A stretch of 60,000 nt of DNA from Lama glama (taxonomy: Eukaryota): positions 8,496,001 to 8,556,000 of the forward strand of contig CM052832.1 in assembly GCA_028534125.1 (NCBI GenBank), read 5' to 3'. The notes beneath the pieces are model-generated. The model searched no databases. It was not told the origin of the DNA and was given only the letters and a program-made list of their open reading frames with translations. The position numbers and the translations under genes were made by a program. Below are positions 1-11,491 of the stretch, in pieces; within the stretch, counting starts at the first letter, position 1, and each line of letters starts with the position of its first letter.

Positions 1-460
1 TGTAGGTTAGGCTTTCACCATCAGAAGAGCTGGAGAAAGCTCATCTGTTGGCTTGTCAGGGGAGAAACAGTATCCCTGCTTACTGGGAATCTCCTTGGGC
101 CCCAGGAGAAAAACTAGCATATTCTACTGACTTCATCTCCAGCTAGGGAAGTGAGAGGTCCCTTAAGACTTTACAAAGCTGAGGATGAAACCCAAGGGAT
201 GATTGCTTTTTCAGGGATCAAGGTTCAGCATCAAACCAGCAGGTACCTATCTTCCAGCCGTTACTAATGGCCTTTCTTGATATTAGCCTTCAGTCTGAAC
301 TCTGAACTGGGGCAAGGCGATCATCTCCCCTGCCTCCAAGTCAGAATTTAGGGTCTCTTTCCCCCATTGGAGGGACTTAATCTTAGAAGGGAAGGTCCTG
401 GTAGGGAAGTAGGTAGAGGGGCATAGGCTGATGCTGTGCCACCTGCCCTCTGGGCTGCAG

Positions 461-632
461 TGGGATTTGCCGTGAGGGGGACCAGCTGGTGGTGGGCCCC
501 ACGGATGATGGCTGCTTCCTGGAGCTGAGAGTATGCAGCATCCAGCGCAACCGCTCTGCCTGTCGTGTGCTGCGAGCTGGTCAAGCTGCTACGTTGGCCC
601 TCGGAGACTTTGACCGTGCACTCCTTCGCAAG
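461..632 (+). CDS. GTPBP2: GTP-binding protein 2, third-last coding exon
   Basis: ctgcag|...aag|gtgagg; encodes (S)GICREGDQLVVGPTDDGCFLELRVCSIQRNRSACRVLRAGQAATLALGDFDRALLRK, matching the GTPBP2 EF-Tu-like domain II. Confidence 0.95.
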
Positions 633-1081
633 GTGAGGTGGGAGGGTCGGTGGGAGAGGGAATACAACGAGAACGCCTGGGAGACTGGCTGTTTGAATGA
701 GAAGCACCTGTCTAAGGCACTTCAGAGGCACTCAAAGGAAACATGGTTTCTAACCCAAGGAGCTGGTTACACAGACTGTCCATGTATAAAAAGGCTTAGA
801 ATACTCATAAAGCACAGATCACTGAATAGGAATCACTGTGGTGCAAACTGAATATCCAGGACCCTAAAAATGCTAAGCGTTAAAAGGGTTAGAGGACATG
901 AAAGCTGAGTAAGGAAGGGTTCCCTCCAAGAGGAGGATTTTTAAATATTGTCTCCTGAGGTTTTTGTGTCTGAAGTTCTAGAGGAGGAGAAGTTCAGGAG
1001 CTGTAAAGGGTGTGAGGGTGGCGGGGGAGGAGAGACTAAAGGGCTCTGCCCTTCCTGGGTCTGGGGTCTGTGCCTCCCCAG

Positions 1082-1246
1082 GGCATGGTGATGGTGAGCC
1101 CAGAGATGAACCCCACCATCTGCTCAGTGTTCGAGGCCGAGATAGTCCTGCTATTCCATGCCACCACCTTCCGGCGAGGTTTCCAGGTGACGGTACATGT
1201 GGGCAACGTACGTCAGACGGCAGTGGTGGAGAAGATCCACGCCAAG
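1082..1246 (+). CDS. GTPBP2: GTP-binding protein 2, penultimate coding exon
   Basis: ccccag|GGC ATG...GCC AAG|gtgaga; 165 nt; GMVMVSPEMNPTICSVFEAEIVLLFHATTFRRGFQVTVHVGNVRQTAVVEKIHAK. Confidence 0.96.
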
Positions 1247-1476
1247 GTGAGAGGGACCCAGCCGTGCCCCCATTTCCCTGGGAAAGTCAGAATTCTCCTG
1301 CTTCCAGAAAGGAGGGAGGCCTGTCCCCAGACTCAGAGAGAGCGCCCTGATCCCACACAGAGGACAAAGCCCCACCTTGGGTGGGTTGAAGCCTGATAGG
1401 CCCCTGAGGGTGGATAGCTGAGGCCAGTAGAGACAGGAGGTGCTGTCCAGGCTCAGTGACCGCATGTCTGCTGCAG

Positions 1477-1653
1477 GACAAGCTGCGGACAGGGGAGAAG
1501 GCAGTGGTACGTTTCCGCTTCCTGAAACACCCAGAGTACCTGAAGGTGGGCGCCAAGCTGCTGTTCCGGGAGGGTGTCACCAAGGGCATCGGCCATGTCA
1601 CTGATGTGCAAGCCATTGCAGCAGGAGAGGCCCAGGCCAACATGGGCTTCTGA
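1477..1653 (+). CDS. GTPBP2: GTP-binding protein 2, last coding exon to TGA
   Basis: ctgcag|GAC AAG; DKLRTGEKAVVRFRFLKHPEYLKVGAKLLFREGVTKGIGHVTDVQAIAAGEAQANMGF*. Confidence 0.96.
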   Translation, partial: DKLRTGEKAVVRFRFLKHPEYLKVGAKLLFREGVTKGIGHVTDVQAIAAGEAQANMGF

Positions 1654-2735
1654 ACTCCTCCAGGCAGGCACAGCTCTATTGCTGTCCCTACAATACATAA
1701 GGTGACTTCTGGCCATGCTGCCCCGCCATTGGCGGCTCTGTGTGTTCATAGGCTAGGGAGAGAGAGGTGCCTCTGCTGCTTGCTCCCTGCCACCTTTGCT
1801 GGAGAGATGCCAAGCCTGGTGTGGCCAGGAGGGGCAGTCTTAGGGAGAAGACAGGAGAATTCAGGGCAATGCTTGGCAGCTGTGTGTCCACCTGGTTGGC
1901 TCATCAAGCCCGGCAACCCCACGGCCTGTCTATGGAGGGAGCTGATGCCACCTCAGCCCCACTGTCAGGACTGGGCATGATTCACCGGTGTGGTCCCTGC
2001 ACGTCAGAAATTGTCAAAACAACTGGGGGTGGTCCTCGAAAGCACTCCTTTTTCTATACCTCTTCTCAAGGCCATGTAAATTGCCCATCTCTACCTGACT
2101 GTGGACAAAAGACACCTGCCTCTGGCCGTCTGGTGGCCCAGGGTCTGAAGAAATGGCACAGGGACAGTAAATGGCAGTGCTCCCAACCTGTGCTGAGACA
2201 TGAGGTCTGCTCCTCAGCTTTCTCTCCCTTCCCTTCTTCACTCAAGGGCCATGTCCCTGGTTTTTCCTCTCAAAGGCCCCACAGGTGCTATTTGTTGTGC
2301 TGGCCCAGGTGTGGGGCCACCAAGCTAAGGCTTGGTTTACCGAAGGTCAGCTGCATGTCAATCAGTCTTGTCCCCTCCTCTGCAGTGATCCGTTGGTTTT
2401 AATGCTGGATCAAACAGTATGTTTTACTTTCCCAGACGTGGCTGGGGCCCTGACCCACAGCTCCCCATCCCGCCACCCTCACCTCCCTTCCTGCCTCCAC
2501 ATTAGTTCTCTCTTGTTTTAGTGGTTTGCAGTGAACATCCCTTTCCCTCTGTTGCAGGGAACCTGGAGGAAAGGGAAAGATGTTGCCATATTTCCTATTC
2601 TTTAGGGCATGGATTCCCTCCTTTTCCTTTGTTAATGTCCTGGGTTCCCATGGACTCAGGGATTTGTTGGTTGAGGTTTCTCTGCATATATATACATATA
2701 TATATTTAAATACACATTATATATATATTGTACAG

Positions 2736-2741
2736 AATAAA
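2736..2741 (+). terminator. GTPBP2: GTPBP2 polyadenylation signal AATAAA
   Basis: AATAAA about 1.1 kb after the stop, preceded by a TA-rich tract and TGTA, followed by T/GT-rich sequence. Confidence 0.8.
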
Positions 2742-2746
2742 AATGT

Positions 2747-2752
2747 TTTATT
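2747..2752 (-). terminator. POLH: Candidate distal POLH polyadenylation signal (AATAAA on minus strand)
   Basis: TTTATT on plus strand, 5 nt from the GTPBP2 signal, 2.8 kb downstream of the POLH stop. Confidence 0.5.
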
Positions 2753-5184
2753 GAACACACTGTGCTTATGCTTAAGACCCAGGCTTATCTTCCAGAGCTG
2801 GATTCATCTCCAGGATTGGAGATGAGTGAAACCTTTAAACTGCTGAGCCCTGAATGGGGAAAGAACCAATCTGATAACTCATTCACCCTTCTTCCTTTCC
2901 TCTCCCTGACGTGTGATCAGTGTTCCAGTGCTGTGACCCAAGAATTCTGGCCTGTTTTGCATCATTCTTTGAGCAGAATAGAAAGTGAAACTGCTGCCTT
3001 TTCAGCTAAGATAGGTAACCACCCTGTACTTAAGTAGTTAGCTACTTGCTAATGGTCACAATGGTAAGGAGGCTGCTACTATATCCTGTCAAGAGATTGG
3101 AGATAAGCATGGCACCTACAGAATTTAGACATGCAATCTGGTCCTCTCAATTTTCTTAGCAATACAAAATAGCCCGAAGTGAGGTTTACATAGTCTTAAC
3201 CGCCTTGGAGCTATGAGGACCACCTGGCCAAACCTCTGTCCCTTATTCCTAGTTTTTTCAGAGTACCTGACTACCATATTTTATGGGTAGAGAAATATGG
3301 CCCAAGTTTAAAGTCAACTGCAAAAAGCAGGGAGTACATTTTCAGTAGTGATCCTTGCAAAAGAAATTTAATGATAAATGTGGTCCAAGATCCCATGGGC
3401 ATTCTGCTTCCAGGGTATTAAAGTGATAGCCTCCCTACCATTCAAGCTCAGCTACTTTTTAAATATCACTGGTTTGACTTGCCACTAAGTAGCCTGTGGT
3501 TGAGGAACTTCCTCCTGGTGTTGGGAACTAAGAGCTGTTTACTTCCGTCTGTACAGTTGCTGATAAAACAGTTGAGGGAAGGTTATATTCAGCAAAAAGG
3601 TCCTATAGCTTTCACCCAACACTGACCTTTGCACGTCTGTCTGCTGTCCCCTCCACAGGCTCATTGCCAGTATGCTGGGGCAGGGCTGCCAGTCCCAGGA
3701 AAATGAGGTGTGCTGTTGGCATTGTCTCTATTGGTTATTTACTAGTGTTCTCCCCACCCCTGCCTACTGCCTGTCTTGGCCTTTAGAAGTCCAATGAAAC
3801 CACAGTTTCTACCACATTACTTTTCTGTATGACTCCTTCCAGTCACCTGAAGTGTTAAAAATATGTTCAAATTGATTTGTATAGCACCCAAAAGAGATTT
3901 AAAAAAAAAAAAACTTTTCCCTGGATTAAGAAAGGAAGCTTTGGGAAATGATCTCAGTACTTAATGAGACATCTCCAGGAACTAGTGAGGCACTTTGCTA
4001 TATTAATGGAACATTCAGGAGGATAAAAAGGCGTATAAAGGAGCAATTCCGCCCCCAATCTAGTAGTATGTACGTTTGTAATATTCCAGTTCTGGTAATC
4101 TAAAATGTTCACTATATACATTTCATCCAATGAATATCAAGCACCTATTCTGTGCAAGGCACTGTGAAGAATTCTTGCCTTTAAGAAATCTACAAACCTA
4201 GTAGGGAAAAGGCCATGTACACAGTAAGTACTGTCTTTTATTAGATATTTAACTGCCACAAAAGTGTAAAGGATCTTTGGGGGAAGAAATCATTTCTTGC
4301 TGGACCCAATGGTTTTCAAATGTTCCCCTTTCAAACTGCAGACCCCCAGTGTATGGATAAGTTTAAAAAGCAGTTGGTTTGAGTGCATGTATGGGAGGGG
4401 GGATATATATGCCATTTTCCCTACCTTCTTATCCTCCCCCCTCCCCCCTCGGGCTGTGTAATTAAGGTTTCCCATATTAGAAAAGCCAAAATTGACCTTC
4501 CACATATAAAAATGGAGATTAAGAATACAGTACTATAAACATGGACAAGTTATAAAAAAGCTATAGTAGTTCATTTAAAACCCTAAGCTAATATTCACAC
4601 TTCAGTAGGGAGATGAACATGCCAGTGACCCTAAAGCCCAAACACTTCGCTCTTAAATTTGTATTTAGGGTTTAAGGAAATGACGTTGCCCTTTACAAAC
4701 CTGATGGGCTGTTGTATCAGTATTTGTCAAATTTATTAATATACAACTTCAGGTGGGGTGGGGGTAAGGCTGAGACTGTAACAAGTTTCCTGGTGGTGCT
4801 GATGCTGCTGCTCCTCAAAGTCACACTTGGAGTAACAAGGTCCTAGAGATGACCTCGTTCTGATCATGACTAAACAGAGTTTCTGAACTGGTCCAGTAAT
4901 AATCTTATTCTACCTTAGAACAAAATACAACAGGTAGAAGGGCCAATGGCTAAAATTGTGGCTATAAAAGGGTTTACTTGAATGAAATTCAGTATTTATT
5001 GAGTGGCTTCTATGTACAGGGCCCTGCCCTAAACTAGTTACCACTTTAGAGTTTCAAGTGTTCACCTTACATTCTTAAATCTCACATTTTAGTCAAATTT
5101 AAAATTTTTTTTACTCAGTTCCTTTTCTGTGCCAACTTGAAGCTACATACTTTAAATACATTTTCCCTAATCTTCAGTAATATA

Positions 5185-5325
5185 AAGTATTATTTCAATT
5201 TTACAGATGAGGGAAAATGAGGAAAGTGACTTGCTGGAGGCCCTATTCCAAGAGGCAGAGCCAGGTTTGGAACCAGATCTCTTAGGCTCTGAGGTCCAGA
5301 CGTTTTTAACTACATGACACTGCTT
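5185..5325 (-). mobile_element. MIR fragment in POLH 3' UTR
   Basis: attttacagatgagggaaaatgagg...aagtgacttgc...ggcagagccaggtttggaaccagatct, typical MIR core. Confidence 0.7.
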
Positions 5326-5574
5326 CCCTAAATGCTAACAATTAAAAACTGAAAACAGTTGTATCTTTGGAAGATGAATTTTTACATCCCTATCAGCAAT
5401 AGGATTAGAATCCATTCCTATAAAGAGATGGGAGCCTTAACTCAGCATCTAACCTGATTATTTTTCTTATTAAAAATTACATAAAGTTATAAATTTCCTT
5501 GAGAAGTTAACATATTTCTGTCTCCAAGTTTACAGGTAAAATATTAAAACCCTGCAGCAAGCATGAGGGCAGCA

Positions 5575-6472
5575 CTATTGTGTTAATGGCTTAAAAAATG
5601 ATTTCAGTGTCTTCATGCCCTCCAGCTTAGGGCGTTTATTATTGGAGGCCAAAGGGCTCTTGGGATTTCTTTTGCTTTGAGGAGAACTGGCAGGAACAAC
5701 CTGAGGGGTTGAGGAGTGGGACTGCAAAAAGGTTTCCTGCAACTCCAATGCAAAATGATAGTCCGTGTGTTCTGGCATCTCCCATACAGGCACCAGAGAG
5801 CCACACTTCTCACAGGGCACTTGGTCCTCAGCAGCCAGTAGACTGGGGGTGGTAGCTGCCTTTTGAGCCACTTCTAGAGCGGACTTGGAAGTTAAAGAAG
5901 CAAGCCTGCTTAGGCTGTTCTGGGCTAAATCCATCTCTGCAGGAGTTCCTTTAGAGGATCCTAGATGCCACACTTTTTCACAGACAGGGGCACAATCTGG
6001 ATACTCTGTTGGAAGATAGTTTGGTGACTCTTTAGGGCTGGACTGTTGTTTTTGTGGAGAGAAGGAAACTGAAGAATTATTAAGCTGTTTCTGCTTTAGA
6101 AGTAGACTTTTCTGCTTAAAGAAGGGCTCAGTGCCTGTAGTACAACTGGTTTGGAAAGGTAATGAGGGCTTTGATGGTGAATTGCTTATAGGAGCCTGGG
6201 TAGTGGCAGTAAGAGATGGAAGTGAAGCTTCTTTGAATTTCTGCTTTTCTGCAGCTTTCTGGAAGAATGATTCCAGAGAAGTGGCTGCTTTCTTAGTGGG
6301 TGTCACTGCTGGGCCACTTCCCTGGGTCTTTGCTTCTGAACTGGTGGTCACTGGCACCTTTGGCAGAGAACTTGGGTCATTGCTCAAGAAGATGGTGATG
6401 TCTGTGCCAGGTGAAGGGGCAGAGGCAGAGAATTTGGTAGCACAGAGGTAAAGCATTGTAAGGGGAGGGGAC
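5575..6472 (-). CDS. POLH: DNA polymerase eta, exon 11 (C-terminal region: RIR, UBZ, NLS, PIP box) to TAG
   Basis: tatacag|G TCC CCT; SLESFFQK and EPFFKQK (Rev1-interacting), DQVPCEKCGSLVPVWEMPEHTDYHFALELQ (UBZ), KRNPKSP..KRPK NLS, MKTLKSFF PIP. Confidence 0.97.
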
Positions 6473-6570
6473 CTGTATAGAAAGTAAAAGAACAAGATTA
6501 GCACCAGGTCACAGATTCAATTTGTAAATGACTGGGATTCTGGTTCTGCCACAAAAGAAAGTCATTACTG

Positions 6571-6708
6571 CAGTGGTTCTCAAGCTTTAGGGTGTACTGG
6601 ATTAATATAGATTCAACAGATCTGGGATGGGTAGAGAATTTGCCTTTCTAACAAGTTCCCAGGTGATACTGATGTTGCTGGTCTAGGACCAGACTTTCAG
6701 AATCACTG
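6571..6708. mobile_element. MER5A-like hAT-Charlie DNA transposon fossil
   Basis: cagtggttctcaa ... tttctaacaagttcccaggtgatactgatgttgctggtct ... gaatcactg terminal inverted repeats. Confidence 0.75.
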
Positions 6709-6912
6709 ACTTGGTGAACACCTACCAAGTCAGACATGTGTAAGCTGGATCCCTTGACAGCTGGGTTTGTTTTTATCAGATACTGCTGCAGAGTCACTGT
6801 AATTCAGGGGTAGGGCAAGAAACTATTCAGGGCAACAAAAAAGCTTTAGAATATTTAGATTGGAAAGACTTTTGCAAAAAAAAAAAAACCCTCTTATGCA
6901 TTCTCCTGTTTT

Positions 6913-7047
6913 TATTTTATTTTGGGCGGTGGTAAGGGGGAGGTAATTAGGTTTTATTATTTATTTTTAGAGGAGTTACTGGGGATTAAACCCAAGACTC
7001 CGTGCATACTAAGCATATACTCTACCACTTGAGCTATACCCTCCCCC
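6913..7047 (-). mobile_element. tRNA-Ala-derived SINE (Vic-1-like)
   Basis: Reverse complement GGGGGAGGGTATAGCTCAAGTGGTAGAG...AATCCCCAGTAACTCC...CCTAATTACCTCCCC plus A-rich tail; TSD gcattctcctgtttt at 6898-6912 and 7049-7063. Confidence 0.88.
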
Positions 7048-7329
7048 AGCATTCTCCTGTTTTTAAAGATGATACCATCTAACGAACTCTGACAGACTTT
7101 CAACTCTAGAATTTCTAGAGAATGAAATTTCACAACTGTTTCTGGTTACCCAGCCTGGTCTAAGAAACATTTCAAGAAATTCCTGTCATAAAGTTCCTCA
7201 TTACGTCTAATTACCCAAATAAATTTTCACGAGTAGAATTTCAGAAGATGAAATGTGCTTTTATATACAGATTTGTCCCTCGATGAGGCAAAAAGTAAAT
7301 GCTATTTTAAAATTAAGACCATCTCTCAA

Positions 7330-7460
7330 GGGGGAGGGTATAGCTCAAGTGGTAGAGCGCATACTTAGCATGCATGAGGTCCTGAGTTCAATCCCCAGTA
7401 CTGCCTCTACGAATACGTAAATAAACCTAATTACCTCCCCCCACCATAAATTAAAAAAAA
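7330..7460 (+). mobile_element. tRNA-Ala-derived SINE (Vic-1-like)
   Basis: ggggagggtatagctcaagtggtagagcgc...gttcaatccccagtac...cctaattacctcccc, poly-A; TSD aagaccatctctcaa / aagaccatatcacaa. Confidence 0.9.
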
Positions 7461-8491
7461 GACCATATCACAACTATTCTCCTCTTTCATGCTTTGAGAC
7501 AATCTCATAATCAGATAATTTTAATGCTTCCCTCTCGATAACTTTCACACTCTTGGTGAGGAGTACTTGTTATAGTCTATCAATTTATAAGGTTTCATGT
7601 GAACATAGTATCACAATTATCATTTAGTTCAGTAAAAGTGTTCAAAGTTTGAAAATAAATATACTGGGAAATTAAAGTATCAATGTGTGAAAATATACTA
7701 GGAAATTAAGGTAAAATTATTCTAAGAACAAAAACTTTAACTTTAGAGAACGCATCATGTTGTAGGTCTGTAAATATAATAGTAATGCCCATATATTCAG
7801 ACAAGCAATAACTCAGACAGCTAACTAAACTTTTCCTTTTACAATCTCCAATATAGACCTATAAGCAACCAATTTATCTTTCTCACATAATTATATTTCC
7901 ATTGTGAATTTGGAATACTTTTTTCAATTTAAGAGGCTATGTTAAATAAATAATTAAGGGATTCCAATACTGAAAATCATTAATATCTGGACAGTAGATG
8001 AACACACTGCAGTCATATACTTGGTTGTCTTTCATAGCCAACTTAAGTGAATTTTATTAATATGCTATGGGAGTCTTACACCAGTGGAGCTTATAACTGA
8101 GTTGGGATGTTAGAGATTCTTGTGAATATAGATCACTTTCATTACGAAAGAAGCTGCTAGTAGAACAACCAAGTAGTTGAGAGAGAAGTTCCCAAGTGTA
8201 TTCTTGAAGCTTGAGTGCTGTACTCCCAAGTACAATTGGTCGTTCTCCTGACTATGGCAAATTGATATAGGCAGGGATATTACTGGTTCACTGTGCCTCT
8301 CAAACCCACCCCTGGGCACTGGAATGCACCAAATGTAGGCAGAGAAGCTGCAGCTGAGCTGCCTCGTTTCTGCTGCTTCTACTGTGTTCTCTCCCTGAGT
8401 GCATGACCATCCTCCTGGTCCTACCCGAGCTGGAAAGCTTTATATATATATATATAAGTCTCAAAAGCAGATGAGCTGGAAGGAAACTCAC

Positions 8492-8661
8492 CATTCAGTT
8501 TGGGTCCCTGAAGTATTACAGTTCCTGATGACAGCAAATGCATCCTGGCTCATCTTGTGAGCATCATAGCGAGCAAGGGCACAGCAGCGGCGCAGGCTGC
8601 TGAGACGTTTGTCCCCTTGTACACGAATGCTCACTGCCAGCTGAGTGGCCACCCTGCCATT
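8492..8661 (-). CDS. POLH: DNA polymerase eta, exon 10 (little finger)
   Basis: cacag|AAT GGC AGG...GAA TG|gtgagt; NGRVATQLAVSIRVQGDKRLSSLRRCCALARYDAHKMSQDAFAVIRNCNTSGTQTEW; 170 nt. Confidence 0.96.
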
Positions 8662-9464
8662 CTGTGGGTGTAAAAGGATTGAGACAGAACTAAAATTACC
8701 TTGAGCATCTGGATTCTATATACTGAACTGTGTGAGAGGAAATTAAAAGAACCAGGGTGACAGAATGGTTTGGAAATAGGTTTAATCTAAACATTTTTGT
8801 GCTGTTTTTGAGTCTAAGAATTAACTAGAGAAGACATAAATTGGATGATGGAACATTAGAATATCTAGGGTATTTTGATAGGTGATGGGAACAGGACAGA
8901 ATAAATAAAAATGGATTCTCCTGAGTGTTTTTTGTGGGGTCCATGCAGGAAGATTATACCAAATACCTGCAGTACTACATTCCGCGACTGAAGGAAGGGT
9001 TCATATAAGTAACTGAAAGGAGGTCCAAGCCAGGATGTCAGGATTAAGTAGTGAATCTATTCTTTAATCTGTCCTGATGCTCTTAGGCTTAAGAAGAGCA
9101 GAAGTTTGCACTAGCACCTCCTTAGAGCCCATCTATAGAAGATACAGTGTAGTGAGCCTGCTCTAGACAGCAAGATCACTGATTCACTTCTCAGTGAAGT
9201 CTGAGCTTCTGAATACTGCTGATGCAAAGCAAACTAAGAAATAAGGGTCAAGAAGCAATAAAGTTTAAAGCACACATAATGATTCCCTCAAAATCAAAAG
9301 ATCCTAGTGAGAAGAAATACCCCTAAGGCAAACACACCAAGAGCAGTGGCTGTTTTTTTAGGTAAAAATATACTTTGTGCATTTTGTAAATACAATTTGT
9401 ACAGATTTGTATATCTCAAGAGAATACAAATTAGCAATAACAAAGCCGTCCTTGTTGACTAAAA

Positions 9465-9830
9465 CCCATAACTGAATGCCTACTGTGTATCAGGATCTAC
9501 AGATATAAGCGGGAACAAAATCAAGTCTGGGTCCTCATGGATCTTATTTTGTAGTCGGAGATATGTATAACAAATAAGTAGGCGTATAATAGAATGACTA
9601 CAAAGTGCAATGGAAAAAAAGCAGAATAAGGCAGAGAGTGATGGAGACTGCTGATGTGACAGGGTAGTTGGGGAAACAGTGAAGGTGAAATTTACTTGGT
9701 GTGTTAAATGGGAAGGAGGCCAGTGGAGTGGAGGCTAAAGGGGGAGCCATAGAGGGAGATGATGGGACATGAGGTCAGAGAAGTAGCCAGAGACCAAATC
9801 AAAGTGGTTATAGAATAAGGAGATGAGAAC
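9465..9830 (-). mobile_element. L2 fragment
   Basis: actgaatgcctactgtgtatcagg...ggaggccagtggagtgga...gaggtcagagaagtagcc, L2 3'-region hallmarks. Confidence 0.6.
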
Positions 9831-10024
9831 AGAGTGACACCTAGTGGGAAAAGTCAAATAGGCCCACAACACAACAGGAATTGTATGCCTCCTTTTGTTG
9901 CCTACCAAAGAACAAACATTTACCACCACCTCAGCTAAAAAGGGGCAAACAGGTAATTATAGATAATTCCTGACAGTATACAGTTTATGTTTCAACAGGA
10001 GAGGATACATTAAACAATACCATC

Positions 10025-10995
10025 AGGAAAAGGAGAATCCACAGAATGGGAGAAAATACTTGCAAATTACATATTTGACAAGGGACTTACACCCAGAAGA
10101 AATAAAGAACTCTTAAAACTCAGAGAGGGGGGCATATAGCTCAGTGGTAGAGCACATGTTTAGTATGCACGAGGTCCTGGGTTCAATCCCCAGTACCTCC
10201 ATTAAAAAATAAATAAAAACCTAATTACCCCCCCCAAATTAAAAAAAAACAAACTTAAAACTCAATAAAGAGACAACCCATTTCAAAAATGGGCAAAGCA
10301 TTTTGACGGACATTTCTTCTAAGAAAATAGCCCCATAAGCACCTTAAAACGATGAGATACTACCTTACATCCACTAGTATGGCTAAAATTTAAAAAGATA
10401 ATAGCAAAGATAATAGAGAAATTAGAACCCTCTTACACTGCTGGGAATGTAAAATAGTGCCACAACAGTCCAGTATGATAACACAGAATTACCATGTAAC
10501 TCAGCAATTCTACTCCTAGGTATATATACAAAAGAAATGAAAACACGTCTACACAAAAATCTGCACATGAATGTTCATAGCAACATTATTCATAATAGCC
10601 AAAAAGTGGAAACAACTCAAATAGCCATTCACTGATGAACTGATAAGTAAAATATGGTATATCCATAGATAGGAATAAAGTACTGATACTTGCTACAATA
10701 TGGGTGAACCTTGAAAATATGTTAACTGAAATATTTCAAGCCAGTCACAAAAAGTCACTATTACATTATTCCATAGATAGGAAATGTCCAGAATAGTAAG
10801 TTTAGAGACAGAAAGCAGACTGGTGGTTGCCTAGGACAGGGAGAGTGACTGCTAATGGGTAGATTTCTTTTTTGGGTTATGAAAATGTTCTTAAATTGAT
10901 TATGAAATATTTGAGGAACTCTTAAATATATACTGTAAATGGGTGAATTTTATGGTATGTAATATATATATGTATGTATCAATAAAACTTTTTTA
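10025..10995 (+). mobile_element. Old L1 (L1M) ORF2-end/3' UTR fragment, interrupted by a SINE
   Basis: acagaatgggagaaaatacttgcaaa, cagcaattctactcctaggtata, gaatgttcatagcaacattattcataatagccaaaaagtggaaacaac; ends near aataaa. Confidence 0.85.
10123..10250 (+). mobile_element. tRNA-Ala-derived SINE (Vic-1-like) nested in L1
   Basis: tatagctcagtggtagag...gaggtcctgggttcaatccccagtacctcca...cctaattaccccc; TSD cttaaaactca on both sides. Confidence 0.88.
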
Positions 10996-11425
10996 ACGAG
11001 AGAAGAAAAAGAAACTAATCAGATGTCAAATCTTTGAGTTAAGACTCTCTTTAAAACTGCAAGTACTTCTTTGTCACATGGATGATGTTTAAGCCCAGTA
11101 ATTTACATTCCAGTCCTTAAATGTCCGGCTTAGTGGTCTGTACTCTGATGAAGATCCTCTGTATATTCAGAGTTGCAGGAGGATTTAGATAATATACAAA
11201 AAAGTAAAAGCAAATAGTAACGAGGGAGACAGGAGTGGTCAGGTCTTATGTTCACAGATCTAGGCTTTGGAAAATCACATTGAGTTTTATGGGAAAAGAG
11301 AAAAGATTTCTTAAAAGTTTCTCCTGGTAATTTTTTTGGATCTCTGTTTCTACTCCATAAGGTAAATAGTAATTGGTATTTAAATCCCAAAGCTCACCCC
11401 AGGAATAAAGAAAGAAAAATCTTAC

Positions 11426-11491
11426 ATCATTTCGGTCCTTGGTTAGTCTCTCCAGTAGTTCCTGGGCTAATTGCAAAAGCCACCATTGTAC
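11426..11491 (-). CDS. POLH: DNA polymerase eta, exon 9
   Basis: ttctag|GTA CAA TGG...AAT GAT|gtaag; VQWWLLQLAQELLERLTKDRND; 66 nt. Confidence 0.96.

Noticed and set aside
1767..2402. 211-aa ORF downstream of the GTPBP2 stop
   Set aside because: Lies in the GC-rich 3' UTR, starts at a non-ATG codon and has no recognisable domain; chance ORF
7330..7410. tRNA-Ala(AGC) gene
   Set aside because: Has the SINE-specific tail, poly-A and TSD, a damaged acceptor stem, and five sibling copies in the window; it is a SINE
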